The position numbers were made by a program, and so were the translations under genes. A stretch of DNA of 43,014 nt from Clostridiales bacterium (GTDB taxonomy: Bacteria > Bacillota > Clostridia > Christensenellales > CAG-138), in contig PNNR01000051.1 of the NCBI GenBank assembly GCA_013824375.1, positions 1-43,014 on the forward strand, written 5' to 3'. Under the pieces are notes generated by a model, which made no database searches, was not told where the DNA came from, and worked only from the letters and a program-made list of their open reading frames with translations. Every line of letters starts with the position of its first letter. Position 1 is the first letter of the stretch. Of the stretch, positions 38,206-43,014 are shown one piece after another.

Positions 38206-40278
38206 ATGAAGGAATTCACCGCGAAAGACATTCGTAATATCGGCGTTTTCGGGCATGGCGGCGAGGGTAAAACCACGCTGAGCGAGGCTATGCTGTTCAA
38301 TGCAGGGCTGATTGACCGCCTTGGCAAAGTTGAAAACGGCACAACCACCACCGACTTTGATCCCGAGGAGATCGCCCGCGGCATTTCCATCAACGTCGCC
38401 CTTGCTCCGCTGGAGTGGAAGAACACAAAGATCAACGTCATCGACGCACCAGGCTTCTTCGACTTTTACGGCGAAGTGACGGCTGCGATAACGTTTGCCG
38501 ACAGCGCGCTGATCGTCATCAGCGCTGTCTCCGGTCCGGTCGTCGGCGCGGAGAAGGCCATGTCCATGTGCGAGAAAGCGCATAAGGCGCGCATGATCGT
38601 CATCAATCAGCTCGATCGCGAAAACGCGAACTTCGAGAAGGTCATGGGCGAAATCAACGCAAAATTCGGACCCAGTGTGGTTCCGATTCAGCTGCCGATC
38701 ATTGAAGGCGGCGTGTTCAAGGGCTATGTGGACGTCGTCAACATGACCGGCAAACTCTTTGACGGCAAAGGCGAGAAGGAAGTTGCCATTCCCGCCGCCA
38801 TGGAGAGCCAGGCGCAGTCCTACTTCGAGAAGCTCACCGAAGCCGCTGCGGAAGCGGACGAAGAGCTAATGGAGAAATACCTCGACACATTTGAGCTTAG
38901 CCGCGAAGAGATGCTCAAGGGCCTCTCCGTTGGCGTGCAGACCGGCGTGATCACACCCGTGACTTGCGTTTCCGCAGCACAGAACATCGGCGTCGCGACG
39001 CTGCTCGACACAATCGTGAACTACCTGCCCTCCGCGGACATGGCAAAAGCACCGAACGCGAAGAGCGTTAAAACTGGTGCGGACGTCGCCGTCAAGCAGG
39101 ACGGCAAATTCGCAGCTCAGGTCATCAAGACCACGTTCGACCAGTTTGGTAAATACTCGATCGTAAAAGTCTACCGCGGCACGCTGGATATCAGTGTTGC
39201 GCTCTACAACGCCAACGCAGAGAAGGCGGAAAAGCCCACAGCTCCGGCTCTGATGCGCGGCAAGAAGACCTACCCGATGGAAAAACTGCATGCTGGCGAC
39301 ATTGGCGTTGTGCCGAAGCTTCAATACACCGCAACGGGCGACACGCTCTGCGACGCAGCCGATCCCATCGTGTTTGATGAGATCGAGTTCCCGAAACCCG
39401 CGATCTCCCTCGCGGTCACCGCGAAGAAGCAGGGCGAGGACGACAAGGTCATTTCCGGCCTCAATCGCATCAAGGAAGAAGACCCGACCATCCAGATCGA
39501 GAAGAACGCGGAAACAGGCGATGTTCTGATTCTGGGTCTTGGCGAAATGCATATCGAGGTCGTTTGCGGCAAGCTCAAGAACAAGAACAACGTGGAAGCA
39601 CAGCTCTCCGATCCGCGTATTCCGTATCGTGAAACCATCCACACCATGGCAGAAGCAGAAGGTAAGCATAAGAAGCAGTCTGGCGGCAGCGGCCAGTACG
39701 GCGTCGTTCAGATGCGCTTTGAGCCGGCTCCCGAAGGCGTGGAATACGAGTTCGTCAACGCCATCGTCGGCGGTGTTGTTCCCAAGGAGTTCATCCCTGC
39801 CGTTGAAAAAGGCCTCAAGGAAGCGCTCGTGCGCGGCGTGCTCGCAGGCTACCCGATGGTCGGCATCAAGGCAACGCTTTACGACGGAAAATATCACCCC
39901 GTCGATTCCAAGGAAGTCGCGTTCAAATCCGCCGCCCGTCTTTCCTACAAAGCGGCTTGCGTGAAGGCGAACCCGACGCTCATCGAGCCAATCTACCGCT
40001 ACGAAATCTTCGTGCCGAGCGACTACGTCGGCGCGATCAGCGGAGATCTCTCATCCCGCCGCGGACGCATGCTGGGCATGAACCCCGTGGACGGCGGTAC
40101 CGTCGTCGTTGCGGAAGCGCCTCTCTCCGAAATGTTCAAGTACGCGACGGACCTGCGCAGCATGACGCAGTCCCGCGGCTCCTTCACGAGCGAGTTTGTC
40201 CGCTATGAGGACGTCCCCGCTAACATCGCAAAGAAGATCATCGAGTCGGCGAAGAAGGAAGAAGAAGAGGAAGAGTAA
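38206..40278 (+). CDS. elongation factor G paralogue (EF-G2-like)
   Basis: IRNIG...GHGGEGKTT, RGISI, DAPG, GLGEMHIE, YRETI, KKQSGGSGQYG, DLRSMTQ; not in the str operon. Confidence 0.9.
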   Translation: MKEFTAKDIRNIGVFGHGGEGKTTLSEAMLFNAGLIDRLGKVENGTTTTDFDPEEIARGISINVALAPLEWKNTKINVIDAPGFFDFYGEVTAAITFADSALIVISAVSGPVVGAEKAMSMCEKAHKARMIVINQLDRENANFEKVMGEINAKFGPSVVPIQLPIIEGGVFKGYVDVVNMTGKLFDGKGEKEVAIPAAMESQAQSYFEKLTEAAAEADEELMEKYLDTFELSREEMLKGLSVGVQTGVITPVTCVSAAQNIGVATLLDTIVNYLPSADMAKAPNAKSVKTGADVAVKQDGKFAAQVIKTTFDQFGKYSIVKVYRGTLDISVALYNANAEKAEKPTAPALMRGKKTYPMEKLHAGDIGVVPKLQYTATGDTLCDAADPIVFDEIEFPKPAISLAVTAKKQGEDDKVISGLNRIKEEDPTIQIEKNAETGDVLILGLGEMHIEVVCGKLKNKNNVEAQLSDPRIPYRETIHTMAEAEGKHKKQSGGSGQYGVVQMRFEPAPEGVEYEFVNAIVGGVVPKEFIPAVEKGLKEALVRGVLAGYPMVGIKATLYDGKYHPVDSKEVAFKSAARLSYKAACVKANPTLIEPIYRYEIFVPSDYVGAISGDLSSRRGRMLGMNPVDGGTVVVAEAPLSEMFKYATDLRSMTQSRGSFTSEFVRYEDVPANIAKKIIESAKKEEEEEE

Positions 40279-40291
40279 GCAGTATTTTCAT

Positions 40292-40321
40292 ACAGGGGGC
40301 GGGGATACCCGCCCTCTGTTT
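40292..40321 (+). terminator. intrinsic terminator
   Basis: ACAGGGGGCGGG / CCCGCCCTCTGT then TT. Confidence 0.75.
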
Positions 40322-40353
40322 GCGTCAATCAATATGAAACGGGGTACTGCCGT

Positions 40354-40860
40354 ATGCAGAAGATTACCGTAAGGGCGGATCGTCAGGTGACGAGCCTGTT
40401 GGATTTTGCGTTCTGGAGCAATGTAGTCGTCGTTCTTGCCGTTATCACGATCAATATCATCAATTTCCTTCGCATGAGCAGCGGGCAACCTGCTTTCGTG
40501 ACCGCCGTCGCACCGGAGATGTTCGTGATGATCAGCTTCGCTTTGGCGTTGTACTTGGGGTTTAAATGCCTGACAACGCGTGCTACAAAGAAACGGTTGA
40601 GCGCCGTATTCGTCACACTGGACGACGCTGGGATTTCAGGCTTATGTTTGCCGAACCCGACTTCGAGTAAAGAAGGCGAAACATTCATGGTAACGTATGG
40701 CGAGATCCGCACTGTAAGTGTCGAAGATGTTGCGGTGACAAAGAAGCATGTTGCGCCATCGCTAAAACTTGAGACGGCGGAACGCACCTATATTGTTCCT
40801 GCCCCGGAAGGTATAAATGAGCTAATTCGTTTGATTGCAGATCAAATGACGGCAAATTAA
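40354..40860 (+). CDS. hypothetical membrane protein (two TM helices plus soluble domain)
   Basis: 168 aa ORF with GGGG RBS and two hydrophobic segments. Confidence 0.65.
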   Translation: MQKITVRADRQVTSLLDFAFWSNVVVVLAVITINIINFLRMSSGQPAFVTAVAPEMFVMISFALALYLGFKCLTTRATKKRLSAVFVTLDDAGISGLCLPNPTSSKEGETFMVTYGEIRTVSVEDVAVTKKHVAPSLKLETAERTYIVPAPEGINELIRLIADQMTAN

Positions 40861-40891
40861 CAACATATACGTGATAAAGTCACACGGAAAT

Positions 40892-40925
40892 CACAAGAAT
40901 CGGTTGAGCGCAACCGATTCTTGTG
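40892..40925. repeat. perfect 15-bp inverted repeat
   Basis: CACAAGAATCGGTTG-AGCG-CAACCGATTCTTGTG. Confidence 0.85.
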
Positions 40926-41015
40926 CTATTTTCTGGTTAAATGATATAAACATGATTTGAAGATTTGATTTTTTAAAACGAATCAAACATGATATACATG
41001 ATTAGGAGATAATGT

Positions 41016-41507
41016 ATGCGAAAGGAAGTTTTTCATATGAAACGAATCGCAGCAATAGCTGTGAGTATAATCGTATTTGTGTTCCTCGTACAAGGTTGCG
41101 CAAATACTCCAGTGGAAGTTTCTGCCGCGACCCCGGATCTGATTGAGGTTGTTGTGCTTGAGATAGAAGCGCCAAATTTTACGCCAACACCGAAGTTAAC
41201 GCCGACTGTCCCGCCGCCCACTGTAGCACCGACCGCTACGCCTGCGACCACACCTTCCGCTGCAAATGGCACACTGCAGCTCACATTGGAACAACTGAAA
41301 CAGTACAACGGTAAGAACGGAAATCCGATTTATATTGCGGTGGACGGCGTGATTTACGACGTTACCAACGATCACCACTGGAAAACTGGCACACACGAAG
41401 GCTATTCCGGCGGGAAAGACCTAACGGATGCCATCATGAATAAATCTCCACATGGTATCAGTGTACTGGAAGGCGTACCCATCGTTGGTAAGCTGGTTAC
41501 CGGATGA
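41016..41507 (+). CDS. cytochrome b5-like heme/steroid-binding domain lipoprotein
   Basis: Lipobox VQG-C, Pro/Thr linker, LTLEQLKQYNG...YIAVDGVIYDVT...H...GKDLT...SPHG; alternative start 41037. Confidence 0.82.
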   Translation: MRKEVFHMKRIAAIAVSIIVFVFLVQGCANTPVEVSAATPDLIEVVVLEIEAPNFTPTPKLTPTVPPPTVAPTATPATTPSAANGTLQLTLEQLKQYNGKNGNPIYIAVDGVIYDVTNDHHWKTGTHEGYSGGKDLTDAIMNKSPHGISVLEGVPIVGKLVTG

Positions 41508-41556
41508 TTCAAGTCAAAGCTTTTGCGTTATACCAATGAATGAGCAAACGATAGTC

Positions 41557-41582
41557 AAAAAGCGCCTGTGAAGGGCGCTTTT
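41557..41582. terminator. bidirectional terminator
   Basis: AAAAAGCGCC...GGCGCTTTT between convergent genes. Confidence 0.8.
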
Positions 41583-41583
41583 G

Positions 41584-43014
41584 TTATGCTTCTGGTCTGT
41601 TTGGTTGTTCCGGCTTCAATGCGGTTTCTTCAGAATGAAAAAAGCGGTAGATCGAGTCTGCCGTGCGGGAGTCGATGAGCGGTATTGCCGCAAGATCCTC
41701 CTGAGAAGCAGACTTAATCGCCTCGATTGTTAAAAACGCGTCAAACAGCGCGCGCTTCCGCTTGTCGCCAACGCCGGGGATGCTGTCCAGCACCGAATAC
41801 AGCGCGTTTCGGTTGTGTACGTTGCGGTGGTAGCTGATCGCGAAGCGGTGCGCCTCGTCACGCAGACGCTCGATGAGGTGCTGCGGCGCGGAATTGCGCG
41901 GCAGCTGAATCGGCATCTCCTCGCCAGGGATATAGATGGTCTCACTGAGCTCCGCGAGGCCGACGGTCGGGATAAAGTCGAGAGAAAACTCTTCCAAAAC
42001 TTCCAGCGCGACCTTCAGCTGCGCGGGTCCGCCGTCCATGACGAGCAGATCAGGCACCGGCAGGAATCCCGCGTCGTTGTCGCATGCCTTTTGGAACCGC
42101 CGTGTGAGTGCCTCCCGCATGGCGATGAGGTCGTTGCCGCCCGCGTCCGCGCGGATTCGGAACCTGCGGTATGCGCTTTTGTCCGGTTGCCCGTCGGTGA
42201 AGACGACCATGGACGACACAGTGTCTCTGCCCTGAATGTGCGAGTTATCGAAGCATTCGATGCGCGTCGGCACTGTCTCCAGTCCGAGTATCGCGGAGAG
42301 TTGCGTCAGCGCGCCTTCACCGCGTTCCCATGCGCGCTTTTGCAGCGACGCGTCTTTCTCCAGCATGTCGAGGCAGTTGCGATATGCCATCTCGGTGAGT
42401 TTGCGTTTTTCTCCGCGCTGCGGGCGATGCACCTCAACCTTGCGCTTGGCAAGCCCTGTGAGCCAGCCGGAGATGGTCTCCATGTCCGTTGCGTCCTGAT
42501 AGAGCAATACCTCCGGCACGAAAGTTACTGCCTCGGCATAGTACTGCGAGAGGAAGGCGGAGAGGATGTCCGCGTTGCTCTCCTCAGTGTCCGCATCCAT
42601 GCGGAATTTCTCAGTGCCGATCACCTTGCCGTTGCGCACAAACAGCGCGAACACGACCGCGTTGGTGTCGAGCCTGCCGAGGGCGAACACGTCCAACATG
42701 GTGTTGGTGGTCGCAATGACTGCCTGTTTTTCATTCAGGCTCTCAATCGCGCGAATGCGGTCGCGGAGGATTGCGGCTTTTTCAAAATCCATCGTCTCCG
42801 CGGCTTCGTTCATCTGCTGGTTGAGCGAGCGGAGGATATCTGTCGTGTTGCCGGAGAGGAACGAGATCACCTCGTCAACGAGTTTGTGGTATTCCTCGCG
42901 CGTGACATCGCCGGAGCAGGGCGCGCAGCATTTGCCGATGTGATACATCAGGCACGGCCGTTCCCGCCGCGCGATCATGCGCGCGATGTCCTTCTTGCAC
43001 TGACGGATGGGGTA
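41584..43014 (-). CDS. uvrC: excinuclease ABC subunit C (5' end outside the window)
   Basis: RPCLMYHIGKCCAPC, FEKAAILRD, RIECFDNSH, DGG, RDEAHRFAI, HhH IPGVG; frame stays open to the window edge. Confidence 0.96.
   Translation of the reverse strand, partial: YPIRQCKKDIARMIARRERPCLMYHIGKCCAPCSGDVTREEYHKLVDEVISFLSGNTTDILRSLNQQMNEAAETMDFEKAAILRDRIRAIESLNEKQAVIATTNTMLDVFALGRLDTNAVVFALFVRNGKVIGTEKFRMDADTEESNADILSAFLSQYYAEAVTFVPEVLLYQDATDMETISGWLTGLAKRKVEVHRPQRGEKRKLTEMAYRNCLDMLEKDASLQKRAWERGEGALTQLSAILGLETVPTRIECFDNSHIQGRDTVSSMVVFTDGQPDKSAYRRFRIRADAGGNDLIAMREALTRRFQKACDNDAGFLPVPDLLVMDGGPAQLKVALEVLEEFSLDFIPTVGLAELSETIYIPGEEMPIQLPRNSAPQHLIERLRDEAHRFAISYHRNVHNRNALYSVLDSIPGVGDKRKRALFDAFLTIEAIKSASQEDLAAIPLIDSRTADSIYRFFHSEETALKPEQPNRPEA

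Noticed and set aside
40871-40885. CRP/Rex-like site GTGA-TAAAG-TCAC
   Set aside because: Spacer is 5 bp, not the 6 bp required, and the flanks do not match

Overview
A 43 kb stretch of core chromosome from a Clostridia-class Firmicute (taxonomy inferred from gene order, the CIRCE element and sigma-A promoters). In order: an EamA transporter; an ECF S-component with an unusual C-terminal domain; a membrane-anchored NlpC/P60 hydrolase; lepA-hemW; hrcA-grpE-dnaK-dnaJ with a perfect CIRCE; DUF485-actP; a minus-strand block (flippase-like protein, MmcQ/YjbR, orphan DNA methyltransferase, GntR); asp23-amaP-DUF2273-nusB-tsaD-like-xseAB-ispA-dxs-tlyA-nadK-argR-recN-spo0A-like; deoB-punA; a small P-loop protein; thrC; an S41 protease; ahcY; an EF-G paralogue; a membrane protein; a cytochrome-b5-like lipoprotein; and partial uvrC. 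I saw no rRNA, tRNA, CRISPR array, IS or prophage. Most notable: (1) the ECF S-component appears fused to a transketolase C-terminal-like domain; (2) Spo0A is degenerate (acidic pocket DD to SN, altered recognition helix), and the sporulation genes normally interleaved in this region (gpr/spoIIP, spoIIIA, spoIVB, spoIIM, dacF-spoIIA) are missing from their usual slots; (3) the cell-wall hydrolase has a Tyr/Gly/Asn prion-like N-terminal domain and tandem NrdR-like boxes upstream; (4) a second CIRCE-like repeat has a spacer one helical turn longer. Three apparent frameshifts (ispA, S41 protease, ahcY) are most likely sequencing errors. All family assignments are from motif recognition by eye, not database searches.
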